Source of the DNA: Octopus sinensis
Taxonomy: Eukaryota
Reading direction: 5' to 3'
DNA length: 64,000 nucleotides
Assembly (NCBI RefSeq): GCF_006345805.1
Contig: NC_043002.1
Coordinates: forward strand, 74,400,001-74,464,000
In this document: piece by piece, positions 1-11,892 of the stretch
Numbering within the stretch: the stretch's first letter is position 1
How the letters are laid out: each line of letters opens with the position of its first letter
Notes under the pieces: model-generated
The model's input: only the letters and a program-made list of their open reading frames with translations
The model's database searches: none
What the model was told of the DNA's origin: nothing
Translations under genes and position numbers: made by a program

Positions 1-118
1 CCAACTGAATGGACTGGAGCAACGTGAAACGAAGTCTTTTGTTCACGAACACAACGAATTTTCCAGTCCAGGGATAGAAACCACAATCTTCCGATCCTGA
101 GTCCAACGCCCTAACCAC
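1..118 (-). mobile_element. tRNA-derived CORE-type SINE (family D, OR2-like), head and core, runs off the window edge
   Basis: Reverse complement of the head/core seen at 13087 and 17255 (GGACTGGAGCAACGTGAAA...CGCCCTAACCAC). Confidence 0.75.
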
Positions 119-716
119 AATAATAAAGCTTAGCGTTTGTAGAAAGTGTTGTTGTTGTTGATTAGCCTCGTTATACAATGTCAGAATTTCCGATCATGAG
201 GGTCCCGCTGTTCCATCAACAAAAATCCTAAGTTGGTTGAATTAGCACGTACCTGAGTATTCCTTTAATGTAATTCTCAGGCGAAATCAACGTGACTGTC
301 CCGGGTCTTTGCACTGCAGTATAATTATCCGATGGTTCCTAACATATATGCTGCTTTAATTTTCTGATTGAAAAAACTTCACCTTTCGCTATCGTTAGTG
401 TATATACATTAAATATGAGACATATATGGCTATTTTAATTAAATACTGCCTCAGTTGTGAGCACCGGATGTTCATTCAGTCGGACGGCTATTGTCAACAT
501 CAGAGAAGACGAATTCTCATCCAAGTATGTGGCTGGCTGCGAGTACGCACCATTAAAAAAAGCCCCAAAAGACCAGAAATGCACCCGAAGTCTCGCTGGC
601 TTCTGATGCGACAAATTTTTATCACTCTTTGCAATTTATAGTTTTTAACACAGTACGTCCATAAGAGATGTTATCTCATAACAAATGGTGTAACTAGCCT
701 ATCGACATTAAGTATG

Positions 717-754
<38 letters not shown>

Positions 755-858
755 TTATGAATAAGGATAATATCGATATTATCAAGTGGCCAGCATGGGA
801 AAAAATACCATACAAAGGTAATAATTTTTTACAACTCAGACACCCTTATTTTTAGTTT

Positions 859-911
<53 letters not shown>

Positions 912-1158
912 CAAAACCAATACACTAAAATAATAGCACCTCAGTCATGGACAGATTCAATGTCATGAAGAACGATAAGTTGTATAAAACAACACAATTC
1001 CACAAATTCTGTCCGTCGACCAGAACCCACTTCTGGTAAGACCTTGGGATTTTACAGAAAGATCCACTGCCATTGACAAAAGAGAAAATAAATAACCTTA
1101 ATGTAAGCATGGGACGCTGTAGCGGAGTGCATGCGCGCACACGCACACACACACACAG

Positions 1159-1239
<81 letters not shown>

Positions 1240-1261
1240 AAAAGCTGAGCAACGTATTCTA

Positions 1262-2260
1262 CCAGTATTGAGAATTGGATTATATAATGACGATGGCCCA
1301 GTAATCTCCAAAATATTACTGATACAAATAAGATACGTTCAGAAAAAAACTATGTGCTAAATCCCTTCAACTAAAACAACTCACCTATAGAAAGTAACCT
1401 TCGTATAACATTTAATCTAACAATAAGAAAATACTAACCTGCTAGAAAACCGAAGTACCTGCTAGAAAACCAAGCCACCCATCTTGGGTAATGAAGAATG
1501 TACTCAGCAGTATAAACTAGATAGTCCCCACAATATCACTCGACAAAACGAAATATTTATTCAAGTAGCACCATTTTATATTTAAACCATAAAGCGAGCG
1601 GCTCTATTTTCGTCATATTAGTGAACCATAAACGAAATAAAACCAATGGAAGAGATATCACCTGGTTCAACCCGCTTTTTCATGTAAACAGATAGACAAA
1701 CATGGTAAAAAGTTCCCAAGACTAACCACAAAAAGACTACTTATTCGGCCATAGATACAAGCTTTTCAATACGAACAACACGAGCTGTTACCTATAGGTG
1801 CACAAGAAACCAAACACACACCATCCAAGCTATAAACTACCACATATCAAGAAACCTACAGGCCACAGCCACAAAAAAAAAGCGAAAAAAAAAACTGGTG
1901 CCACAGCATCGGATGAAAAAAAGGAAATTATACAAGATGATAATCAATCAAATAGCTTATAACGCAAATATGGCTTATATACACCTGTCTTCTTCACAGT
2001 TTAGCAGTGTGTCAATAAGCCATACCAGTCCTCTGCGGAAGAAAGCATGCTGTTTGAATAAGCCACACCCGACCTTAAAGGTTTAAGAAGTGTTCAGTGT
2101 TAGATATGCACTTATTCCTCGATATTTACAGACATGCTAGTCCAAACATAAATGGTCATAGGATAGGCCTAAATAAACAGCAGAAAAAAATATTAAACAA
2201 TTCCATAATAAATATACTTGATCAATAGAGGAAATGAGAAGTTATCACGTTGCAGTTATC
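1262..2260 (+). mobile_element. Degraded Penelope-like element: RT C-terminal part plus GIY-YIG region
   Basis: Translates to IGLYNDDG (1274-1297; RT YxDD motif), IESNL..ITFNLT.RKY*PARKP, HPSWVMKN, RDITWFNP (1651-1674) and a frameshifted PNIKWS..DR. These are motifs of PLE RT/GIY-YIG ORFs. Many stops and frameshifts. Confidence 0.8.
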
Positions 2261-2539
2261 AAGTTGCAGACACCAGAATAATTTCAATATTTAAAACATA
2301 CTCGAAATACAGTCAGAGTAAACATCTGATGAGGTAACAGAAGTAGATACAGCACTGGAAGTGCAACAATCTTAACACCAGCAGAGATACACCAGAAATA
2401 ATATACAATCCTTTCAGAGCGTATCAAAAATATCTTAAGCGACTCCAGATATATAATAACAATTTATGAAGGAAGCAGAATTATAACTTTATTCATCAAA
2501 ACAGCATATGAATAATATAATCCGTGTGCAGACACAGCC

Positions 2540-2654
2540 AATGAAAAAGTGATATACGAATAAACAACTCTAGTAATCCAGTACAGTAATCCACATGCAG
2601 AGCAGTCAATGAAAAAGTGATAAACGAATAAACAACTCAAATAATCCAGTACAG
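2540..2654. repeat. Two-copy 47-bp direct repeat
   Basis: AATGAAAAAGTGATA(T/A)ACGAATAAACAACTC..TAATCCAGTACAG at about 2540 and about 2608. Confidence 0.8.
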
Positions 2655-3002
2655 GGTTTAGCGGGATGCGATACGACAATTGAACTGGCCAATAGAAAAC
2701 CATATACAGATAAAGTACTTCAGAAAAACATCTTTAAGAAACCAAAATCTGTAGAACGATATATTGGTAAACAACGAGGGAAGTAATCAAGGAAAAATAA
2801 GACAGAACAATAGTGATTTTGCTAATGTAACCACGACAACTACAGACAACAACTCGATGAAACAACCATAGAAGACCTTAGAAATCGCGAGAAAAGGAAG
2901 TCAGTTTCAATAAACAATGTACTCTCTACGACATATTGAGTACTCTTCCACTTTCAGTGATAAAACGTGACATTTGAATGTGCGCGCACGCGGGTCTTTT
3001 GG

Positions 3003-3003
3003 A

Positions 3004-3081
<78 letters not shown>
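3003..3081. repeat. (GAAA)n microsatellite
   Basis: Direct reading. Confidence 0.95.
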
Positions 3082-3082
<1 letters not shown>

Positions 3083-3100
3083 GGGGTCAAGGCTGAGACA

Positions 3101-3302
3101 GCTTTGATCATAAGTTCGACTTTGATCATAGGCTCGACATTGGTCATAAGTTTGACTTTGATCGACTTTGATCATAAAGCCTACTCCGATCACCAGGACT
3201 TTGATCTTAAGTTCGACTTTGATCATGGGCTTAACTTTGATCATAAGGCCGATTCCGATCATTAGGACTTTGATCATAAATTTGAATTCGATCATCAGAA
3301 CT
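3101..3302. repeat. 18/15-bp minisatellite, unit CTTTGATCATAAGTTCGA, about 12 units
   Basis: Unit lengths are 18,18,18,10,18,15,18,18,18,15,18,15. One + frame reads DFDHKF-like hexapeptides. Confidence 0.9.
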
Positions 3303-3537
3303 GACACAAGGATAAGCAACAACAACAGCCAAAGCATTATCATCGATGGTAAGTTTAGCAGTGAAGTAAACATTCTCATCTGTGTAATCGATAGCCTGTC
3401 AGCAGAGTTAGGATTACCACGACGACTAAGTTATCGAACTTTCCGCTAGATTCGATCGTGTTTATTCAGCATCACGAATCCGACACAAACAGGTGGGTAC
3501 ACCTGTACTTCTAGTTAAGGTGCGCGGGCTAGTAGTT

Positions 3538-3720
3538 GGAGGCGTGTGGGTTAGTAGTTAGGCTCTTACACTCACGATCGCGAGAACCTGGTTTCGATTT
3601 CCAGACCGGTTGTGCGTTGTGTTCTTGAGCAAAAATCTTCATTTCACGTTGCTCCGGTCCACTCACCTGTAAATGAGTAGTGACAGGGTAACATTGCAAC
3701 GGATTGGCGTGCAGAGGTAA
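3538..3720 (+). mobile_element. SINE family D (CORE-type)
   Basis: tRNA-like head GGCGTGTGGGTTAGTAGTTAGG...GGTTTCGATTTCC, then core TTGAGCAAAA..TTTCACGTTGCTCC. Confidence 0.8.
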
Positions 3721-4168
3721 GATGGTGATTCAAGAAAATTACCCGAATTGTGGTGGTGGTGGTGGCGGCGGGGGGGGGGGGGGTCTAGCTAGTTTCCTCA
3801 GTTTCCCGAACTGTTGTCAGTGATAGTACCGCAATGTTTCGTTATATTGTAGTAGCGAGTTCGAGTTGCCTGAGTGATGTGCAACTGGGCCATGATAGAA
3901 TCGCTAACTCATAATTGTGTTGTTATTGTTATTGTCGCTGTTGTTGTTGCTGTTGCTGCTGCTTAAAGTAATTTAATGTGAGGATCTCAACAAACTGTTG
4001 ACATTAAGAATTGATGATGGCATTTTTCCCCCTATGAAGTCCTTCAGGTGAGTTGTTAATAAAACTCTTGAGGTAAGAAAGTGTGTGGGGAGAGACAGTA
4101 GAGGACATCAGACATTCTACCAATTAGAGCAGAGTAAATTGGTTGGCGGAGGGAGAGAGAGGGAGATA

Positions 4169-4222
<54 letters not shown>

Positions 4223-4553
4223 CTGTGTGAGATGAGGCCAACGAGGCAGCTGAATTATACTGAATCCTGTAATTGAGATCAGGTGGAGAACACATGACAG
4301 CGTTATTCATGTTTGAGCATGCATTTATAACATCGACAACACCAACAATAACAAGACTTCGCCAACAACGGCAAACAACAACTGCAGCAATAATGATAGC
4401 ACTAGTCGTAACAAGTATGTCGAGAGAGAGATTTATTTTATGCATCGGTGATCAAAAACTCAAGACTGATACACGTATTGTGCACAACAAATATATATCG
4501 GATAATCTAGATGAAAAGAGAGAGAGAGGAAGAGATGGAGAATAGATTTTTTA

Positions 4554-4594
<41 letters not shown>

Positions 4595-4799
4595 TGAGGT
4601 AGTGGTTGATTGGATATATAACGCCAAGGGTATAAGAACAGATGGCATTAAACCACAATATGTAACAACACGACATAATTACAACATCATAGCACTAAAG
4701 GTTCAATGATAAATATATATGAACCACAGCCCTAAATTCTTAATCTATGAGATCCAACGCCGATAATGAAAGGTGGCGGGGAGGCATGGACGTCGAAAA

Positions 4800-4945
4800 A
4801 TTCAGTCGAGCCAACTCCAGTACGTGGTTGATACTTATTTTGTCGACCCCAGAATGATGGAAAGTGAAGATGCTTTCGGTAGGATTTGAATTCGAGGTCT
4901 AAGAAGGAAAGAAATTAAATACTGCAAGGCGTTCTGTCATACGAC
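4800..4945 (-). mobile_element. SINE family A, degenerate
   Basis: TACTTATTTTGTCGACCCC...GGATTTGAATTC matches the reverse complement of family A. Confidence 0.6.
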
Positions 4946-5199
4946 CTTCTTGGTACTAAACACGATCAGATGCTAAAGATAACCATTTAAGTTTATTACC
5001 GATATTCATTTTATAAAAATTGAAGGTATAAAAAGCAAAAATGAAAACCACAAAATTTAAAACTGTGTAGGAATTGAATGAAATAAAGGAAATTGCTCTG
5101 TCATGTCAACCAAGTTTTAGTGCTAATAACATTAACTATACTTAACGGCAACATGGCCAATTGGATAAGGTAATGACCCATCTTGTGCGTCATGAGATC

Positions 5200-5680
5200 A
5201 AATCTGTTATGAGTCTTTCGCTATGCTTTTGCGCAGAACACTTCATTCATATAACAGTCAGGAATAGCTGTCAGACATTCTGGAAATGTTTAATATTACA
5301 CCGTAGTACACTAATCGTCTTAGTTCGTCCTATCACTGGATAACAAGTCCGTTGTGATAAACAGTTAATGCTATGTTAAATTCATTACACACGAAACTCC
5401 AACACCGATGGATATCTCAATCGGTTACGTGGGATTCTCATTTCACACATATACCTTATTTGTGTATGAACCTACGAGTAAATACTTCCAGTTTGAATAG
5501 CCTTAGATACTTGCGATGAGTACACAGTTTTGTTTGATGGCATATTCTGGTCCTTGATTGCCTCGAGCAGAACTTACTCTGTTGCAATTGCTCGAATCAA
5601 ACACCAAGTTTCAGAACAACAAATATTTGCTGTTGGGTAAAAGTTTCTCAGAAAATTCACCACTATACAGTACACGCTCT
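5200..5680 (-). mobile_element. Probable ancient piggyBac-like transposase remnant
   Basis: Minus-strand frames give, in the expected order, NFLRNFYP, PEYAIK (cf. PxKYGIK), GY..KLEVFT (cf. GY..NLEVYTG), VMNLT..ITTD (cf. NITTDN). Heavily disrupted; recognised by eye. Confidence 0.4.
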
Positions 5681-6772
5681 TCCCGAGCCCCAAACCCTAT
5701 ATTTTTCTAACTCCCATTCTGTGACCTGTAACCCTTCCTAGTGGACGCAAGATTTTTGATATTACTGACCTGCAGCTAAGTTTGTTCAGGTATAAATGCA
5801 AAAGTTCAACCAAAAACCATAAACCTTTTTCTTTTACTTTTCTCCAACGAACATACTGCTACATCTATTAATTTGAAACCGTATAAATTATTCGTTTCAG
5901 GTTAAGGTTTATATGTATATAATATTAACTACGTAAAGGTAAATTCAACAAGTAAATAATTATCTTTAAAAACATGAGATAAAAACCAAGTAATTTCTAA
6001 TTTTAATTTTACAAAGTTTTATATGGACGACAATTGCTGTTATTTATGTATATGTTAAGTACACAGAGATATATAATCAATTTAAATGTGTTTATGATAG
6101 TTTTTATTTAAGTGTTATTACTTATGTTTGTAACGTTAAATGCAAAAAATGTAAGTTTTACAAATAGTTAAATGTTATAATAAAATTTAAATTATGATGA
6201 AAGGGAATAAAATATCTAAGCGATCGACCTGAGAGGAACCTATAGAAGCAGTAAGGAAAAATAGGAGAGATTGGATTGAGAGTAAATAACATGAAACAGA
6301 AATAGAAAATGAATTAAATAACCATAATGGTGATTGATAAATTGGCCTTCTTCAGGAAATTGTTAGATAATATATATTAGGATTGTGAGTAATATTGCAG
6401 GGCCTCCGTGGGTCAGTGTTGTCCATTCATCTGCACAGGTATGATGCAGGCCTGGGCAAAAAATTTTTTGAGGAAGATTAGCTGTTGTCCAAGCATGCAA
6501 CTCTTCCTTCTCCAACCCACCGATATTTATCCCTTGAATCAATACGGATTGCGTGGACCGATACAGCTTAACACCAGTGTCATTGCACGTGTTGCCGCTA
6601 AAGTGCGAATAGCCAGAAAAATTACCACCCGATCTTCTAACTTGTTCCGCCAATCCACCACCCTAGATTCATACTACTTTATCGAGTAGGCGACGTTTTG
6701 GCGTCGTTGATTCCACGCTGACTTATATGAGATCAGACGCTCTCTCATTTTAATAGCTCTATTCCGACCAAG

Positions 6773-6981
6773 ACGGCGAGCTGGTAGAATCGTTAGAAGC
6801 CAGGTAAAATGCTCAGCAGCATTTCGCCTGTTTCCATGTTCTGAGCTCAAATTCTGTTGAGTTTGACTTTGCCTTTCGTCCTCTCAGGGTCGATAAAATA
6901 AGTAGCAGTTGAGTACTGGGAACGATGTAATCGACTTACCTCCTCCCCCGAAATTGCAGGCCTTGTGCCAAATTTGAAACC
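6773..6981 (+). mobile_element. SINE family A, full length
   Basis: GGCGAGCTGG head, TTTGCCTTTC.TCCT...GGGTCGATAAAATAAGTA central domain, GGCCTTGTGCCAAATTTGAAAC tail. Confidence 0.9.
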
Positions 6982-7001
6982 AATATTTCTTTCCTCATTT
7001 A

Positions 7002-7272
7002 GGGCAGCGAGCTATCAGAATTGTCAGTATGCCGGATAAAATGCTTAGAGGTATTTTGTCCGTCTTGTCACGTACTGAGATAAAATTCTGCCGGGGTCAC
7101 CTTGGCCTTTCATCCTTTGAGGGTCGACAAAATAAATACCAATCGAGCACTGGGGTCGATGTATGGCTTTGTACCAGAATGTGAAACTAATATTTCTCTC
7201 CCTGCCAAGGCAGCGAGCTGCATTTGTCCGACTTTATGTTCTAAGTTCAAATACCACCGGAGTCGACTTGGC
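7002..7272 (+). mobile_element. Two further family A SINE copies (7002-7187 and partial 7208-7272)
   Basis: Same head and central domain as the 6773 copy. Confidence 0.8.
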
Positions 7273-7539
7273 GAGATTTATGACAGCTAAAAGAAGGCCG
7301 TGTTATAATTCAAAAATGGGTGATTTGGGAGTTTAAATATAAGATTGATAACACTATTATGATTGCAAAATTTCTACCAAATGGTTTGTGTTTAATATTA
7401 GAAGTGTGTTTGTTATTAATATTTAGAACAAAAAAAAAATAATAATTTGATTCCTAATGGTAAAGGATTATTAAGATTTCCAAACAGTAATCAAATGATG
7501 TGTTGCTTCGAACCTGATTTAATATTAGAAATATATAAC

Positions 7540-7752
7540 GCGGCGAGCTGGTAGAATCGTTAGCACGCCGGGCAAAATGCTTAACGGAATTTCTTCCGTC
7601 TTTACGTTCTGAGTTCAAATTCCACCAATGTTGACTTTACCTTTCACCCCTTTCGGGGGTCGATAAAATAAGTACCAGTTGAACACTGGGGTCGATGTAA
7701 TCAACTTATACCCTCGCTCGAATTTGCTGACCTTGTGCCAAGATTTGAAATC
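7540..7752 (+). mobile_element. SINE family A, full length
   Basis: GCGGCGAGCTGGTAGAATCGTTAGCACGCCGGGC...CCTTGTGCCAAGATTTGAAA. Confidence 0.9.
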
Positions 7753-9009
7753 GATATTAGAAATATATGGTAGCAATATATAAAAAGTGTTTTTCTACTG
7801 ACAATACGATGGCATTAACTTGTATGTCCTTTTACGAAAGGAAATAATGATACAAATAATTATATAGTTAGCTTAATTATAGATATATGCTCTCAAGATA
7901 CAATAAGCACGTTGGTGAGCATTTCTTAAGTGTTGATTATAACTAGGCTTTGGACGAAAGACTGGATGTCTGTAAGGGCTGTTGATTTAATCTATCAACG
8001 TGTACTTTTTAACCAGAATTAAAACTGTTGGGAAGTTAATTGCTAGATCAGACATATATACAGAATACAGAGAGAAATGAGGGATGGGGACAAAAAAAGA
8101 GGATTTAAAAGATTGGTATGGATACATACATTTGTTTGACAATATAGTGTAGAAGTCATAGATTAATTGGGCTGCTCGTTTAGAAACGCTGTATAAGAAT
8201 GATGTCATATTTATATTCAGTGGGACTAGTTGACAAAAATAAAATAAAAAAAACAACGAAGTTTGCACTTATTAGATACAGTTTTGTATTGTGGTATTAT
8301 TATTATTATTATAATACCAGATAAGTGAATGAGTAGAAAGGGGGAAATGGGGAGAGAAAGCAAACAATTAAGTATGAATTATAAAGCGTAAAGGATGAAT
8401 AATATGCGGGTTACCTAATGCATATATGAATGTAAAAACAAATATTAATGAATACATAGAAGAAAAATATAAAATATCGAAAACTATAAATGATTAAGTA
8501 TAACAGTAACTAGGCATAAGCGCTCGCACAAAAAGAGAAATTAATAGCTATACAGAATAATATTACATTAAGGGAAATGTGGTAGTTAATTCATGTAGAC
8601 TAGATAGATTAAGGAGTTTTCCTCGATAGCTATCTGTATATGTTATTAGTTAGAAATGTTCGATGGTTTTGAATGTTCTGTGCGTGCAAGAGTGTGTTCA
8701 GGGATTGTCTGTTAAAGAATAGTATTTTAATAAACGGGAATTCATAGCGCTGAATTGCACGAAGATGGCATACGCTTTTTTTTTACATCCTGTAGACGAC
8801 TTAGCAAAGAAAAATAGATAATATTTTAAATTATAGTTGATATTTGTTTCAAAATTCTACATGAATTATGAGTGGCATAAATTTTAATAACAGAGTTATT
8901 TTCCTTTCTAACACATAAATATATGTGCCAAAGCCTGTCGTTCAAGGACCGGTTTGCATAGCCTCCTAAGGGTTTGCCGTTCTTCCCTAAGATCTTCGGA
9001 CACGAAGAA

Positions 9010-9382
9010 CTGCTACCACCACCACCACCACCACCACCGCCGCCGCCGCCTCCTCCACCACCACCACGTCATCACTGTCTAACTACATACACAATCCTTT
9101 CTACTACAGGCACAAGTCCTGAAATTTTACGTGGGAGTGGATAAGTCGATTATATCGACCCCAGTGCTTAACTGCTACTTATTTTATCGACCCCGAAAAG
9201 ATGAAGGGCAAAATTGACTTCGATGGGATTTGAGTGCTATCATCATCATCGTCGTCGTCATCATCATCACCCCACCACCACCACCACCACTACAACCATC
9301 ATCATCATCACCCCACCACCACCACCACCACTACAACCATCATCATCATCATCATCATCACCAACATTATCATCTATCTACA

Positions 9383-9459
<77 letters not shown>

Positions 9460-9460
9460 C
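9010..9460 (-). mobile_element. Family A SINE 3' part (9100-9237) embedded in (CCA)n/(CAT)n/(TG)n repeats
   Basis: GGCACAAG..GTCGATTATATCGACCCCAGTG..TTTTATCGACCCCGAAAAGATGAAGGGCAAA. Confidence 0.8.
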
Positions 9461-9993
9461 AATAATGACCAAATGCCACGAAATGGTTATAGTGATACAT
9501 TTCAATGCCTACTTAGAAAGTATTCTTCTCATCAGAATCTCAAATAGACTCGTATAATGTATGCTATACAGATCTGCCATTAAAGAACTAACAAGGAACA
9601 TTAAACTATTTGGTATCCACTCCCAGTAATTAATTCTCACAGAGGTGTTAAATAATATCCTATTGATATTATACTTGTTGCGTTTATAATGATACCTTTA
9701 TATTATATTTTTTTTTTAAATCAGCATCGATTTCACAGGATATTGATTTTCTGTAGTGTACTCTCTGGACGTCAAGCCAATATATTGATTTTAACAACAA
9801 AATGTTTAAAGAGAGGGTGTTACAAATGATATCGATGATGACAACAACAAAAAAAGATGACACCAACAGTGCCACCAACACCACCATCATAACTACCACC
9901 GCTACCGCAACCGCTACTATCACCACCAACAACTATAGCAACAGCAAAAACAACAACTATAACATCGACTAAAATGACAATAACATCAAGTAG

Positions 9994-10157
9994 TTTAGCC
10001 AAGTCAGCCTTTATTGAGCAAACTAAGATTCAAGAGGGGTTCCAGTCGTGGCCGTCCCATCTTTTTTCTTATCAGAGATTACATTGCCCAGACAATTCTA
10101 TATTGAAGGGGTTACGAGTGTAATTTGAGGGAAATTTAGCTGTTATTACAAGCAGAT
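9994..10157 (-). mobile_element. 3' fragment of a non-LTR retroposon (RTE-type tail, inferred), directly downstream of the 28S fragment
   Basis: On the minus strand it ends in ...GGCTGACTTGGCTAAA and runs into a low-complexity triplet tract. It resembles a dispersed octopus repeat as I recall it; no second copy in the window confirms this. Confidence 0.45.
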
Positions 10158-10298
10158 CGTACTGAAAATCGAGATCGAGTGAGCTTTTGCCCATTTGCTC
10201 GACGTGTGGTTTCCGTCTACGCTGAGCTCGCTTTGGGACACCTGCGTTACCGTTTGACAGACGTACCGCCCCAGTCAAACTCCCCGACCGACACTGTT
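10158..10298 (-). rRNA. Isolated ~140-bp 28S rRNA fragment (domain V, P-loop region); pseudogene or retrocopy, not an rDNA unit
   Basis: Minus strand reads GGGGAGTTTGACTGGGGCGGTACGTCTGTCAAACGGTAACGCAGGTGTCCCAAAGCGAGCTCAG...GGGCAAAAGCTCACTCGATCTCGATTTTCAGTACG, the conserved LSU segment. The flanks are not rDNA. Confidence 0.95.
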
Positions 10299-10487
10299 CT
10301 CGACTAAGGGTCACTACTTCGTTACTAGAAATTATTAGTACAGGCCTGTATTGTTTCGAAGAAATAAATCACACAGAATGGTCAAATATGTTCAGATTTG
10401 GTAAATTCTTTGCCCCAGCATGGCCTCAGTCTAATGACTGAAACAAGTAAACGATAAAAGATAAAAGATAAACGATGTGAGCCGAAA

Positions 10488-10835
10488 AATTGGCTGTATG
10501 GTTAAGAAAGTCCCTTTGTAATCGCGTGGTCTTGAGCTTAGTTCTACTGCGCAATACCTTAGGCAAATGTATTCTACTATAGCCCCGGACCGACCGATGA
10601 CTTGTGAGTGAATTTGGTAGACAGAAATCGTGTGGGAAACCCGTTGTGTGTGCACTACTTGACAAACAGTTTTGTTTACTATTTACGTCCCCGTAATTTT
10701 GCAGTTCAGGGAAATAAGACCGATAGAATAAGTAACAAACTTAAATAATAAGTACTAGCGTTGGTTCATTCGACTCAACCCTTCAAGTCGGTGGCCCAAG
10801 CGTGGTTGCATTCAAATGACTGAAACAAGCAAAGC
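10488..10835 (+). mobile_element. SINE family B, diverged
   Basis: Head ..CCTTAGGCAAATGTATTCTACTATAGCC, tail TTTACGTCCCCGTAA..GATAGAATAAGTA..AAATGACTGAAACAAG. Confidence 0.8.
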
Positions 10836-10992
10836 AATTAGTAAGCAAAAACTCCCAAGGATGTTTAGGATTTAAAAAATAAAAACCATTGTAAGTAACT
10901 CCAGTGAGATCAACCAGTCGAAATTTGGTGGAAATAAAGACGATGCAGATGGTAATATATTGTAGTATATCTTTACAACAAATTTTAGAAAG

Positions 10993-11036
10993 CAACGGAC
11001 ATGTTTCGGCATTACTTAGACCCCTCAGCGAAGAAT
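10993..11036 (-). ncRNA. Degenerate hammerhead-like motif
   Basis: Minus strand CG-CTGAGGG-GTC..GCC-GAAA-CATG-TC-CG. Palindromic stem III and a GUC site are present, but A9 is G, stem II has a mismatch and stem I is only about 2 bp. Confidence 0.3.
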
Positions 11037-11226
11037 ATTCTATCTACTCAGTAGTTGAGTATATATTCATGAGTTAAGTTCAGATTTTGTTAGCGTCCTC
11101 AATAATTAATATTATACATTAATGGGGCTGTTATTAAATAAAAATAAATCACATTTATTGATATATTGCTGTGGGGTTGTTGTTTTTGTGGTGTAATCCA
11201 AGATCTGCTACGATAAATTACTATAA

Positions 11227-11277
<51 letters not shown>

Positions 11278-11540
11278 CTTTCTTTTCCTCCCTTTTTCAA
11301 GACGCTTCCTTCTCTCATTCTCTCTGTCTTTCTCTTATATTCCGTATACTGAGAACACAAAAGTGTGTGTGTCTATGCTTGTGTGTGTATGTGTCTGTGT
11401 ACGCACGTGTGTGTATGTCTGCGTGTGTGCATGCGTGTATATATATATATTCTCTTTTCCTCTTTTACTTGTTTCAGTCATTTGGCTGTGGTCATGTTGG
11501 AGCACACACACACACACACACACAAACACACACAAACACA

Positions 11541-11589
<49 letters not shown>

Positions 11590-11804
11590 CTCATATATAA
11601 GTGGACGTGCATATGTATATGTATGTATGTGCATTAATAAATCAATCTGTTATATAAACAATATTAAACATTCGAGAAGACAAAAATAAAAACGAAACAA
11701 GGAGAGCGAAATATATTAATTCTATTACATGATACTCTCCCAAAACATGCTCTTGTTCGGATTTCTGCCACAATTATCGGAGTTTACTTACCTAACAACG
11801 TCCT

Positions 11805-11892
11805 TACGAAGCAAGGCGCTTTGGCCACCGAGTATAGTTAAACTCGCTAAATTCAGCTATACTCAACGCCAAAAGCGCCTTGCATGTTTGTA
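11805..11892. other. Long imperfect hairpin (pre-miRNA-like)
   Basis: GCAAGGCGCTTTGGC/GCCAAAAGCGCCTTGC plus GAGTATAGTT/AGCTATACTC around a 15-nt loop; lower stem TACGAA/TTTGTA. Confidence 0.7.

Noticed and set aside
2326-2332. CTGATGA just after the Penelope remnant, where a terminal hammerhead would be expected
   Set aside because: No stem II, GAAA or stem III can be folded downstream; at most a decayed relic.
3489-3506. ACAGGTG-GGTA-CACCTGT palindrome (paired Snail/ZEB-type E-boxes)
   Set aside because: A 7-bp inverted repeat is expected by chance in 64 kb, and there is no other support.
3977-4053. Protein-like frame EDLNKLLTLRIDDGIFPPMKSF ending at CAG|GTGAGT
   Set aside because: Strong donor, but an in-frame TAA lies just upstream and there is no credible acceptor after it.
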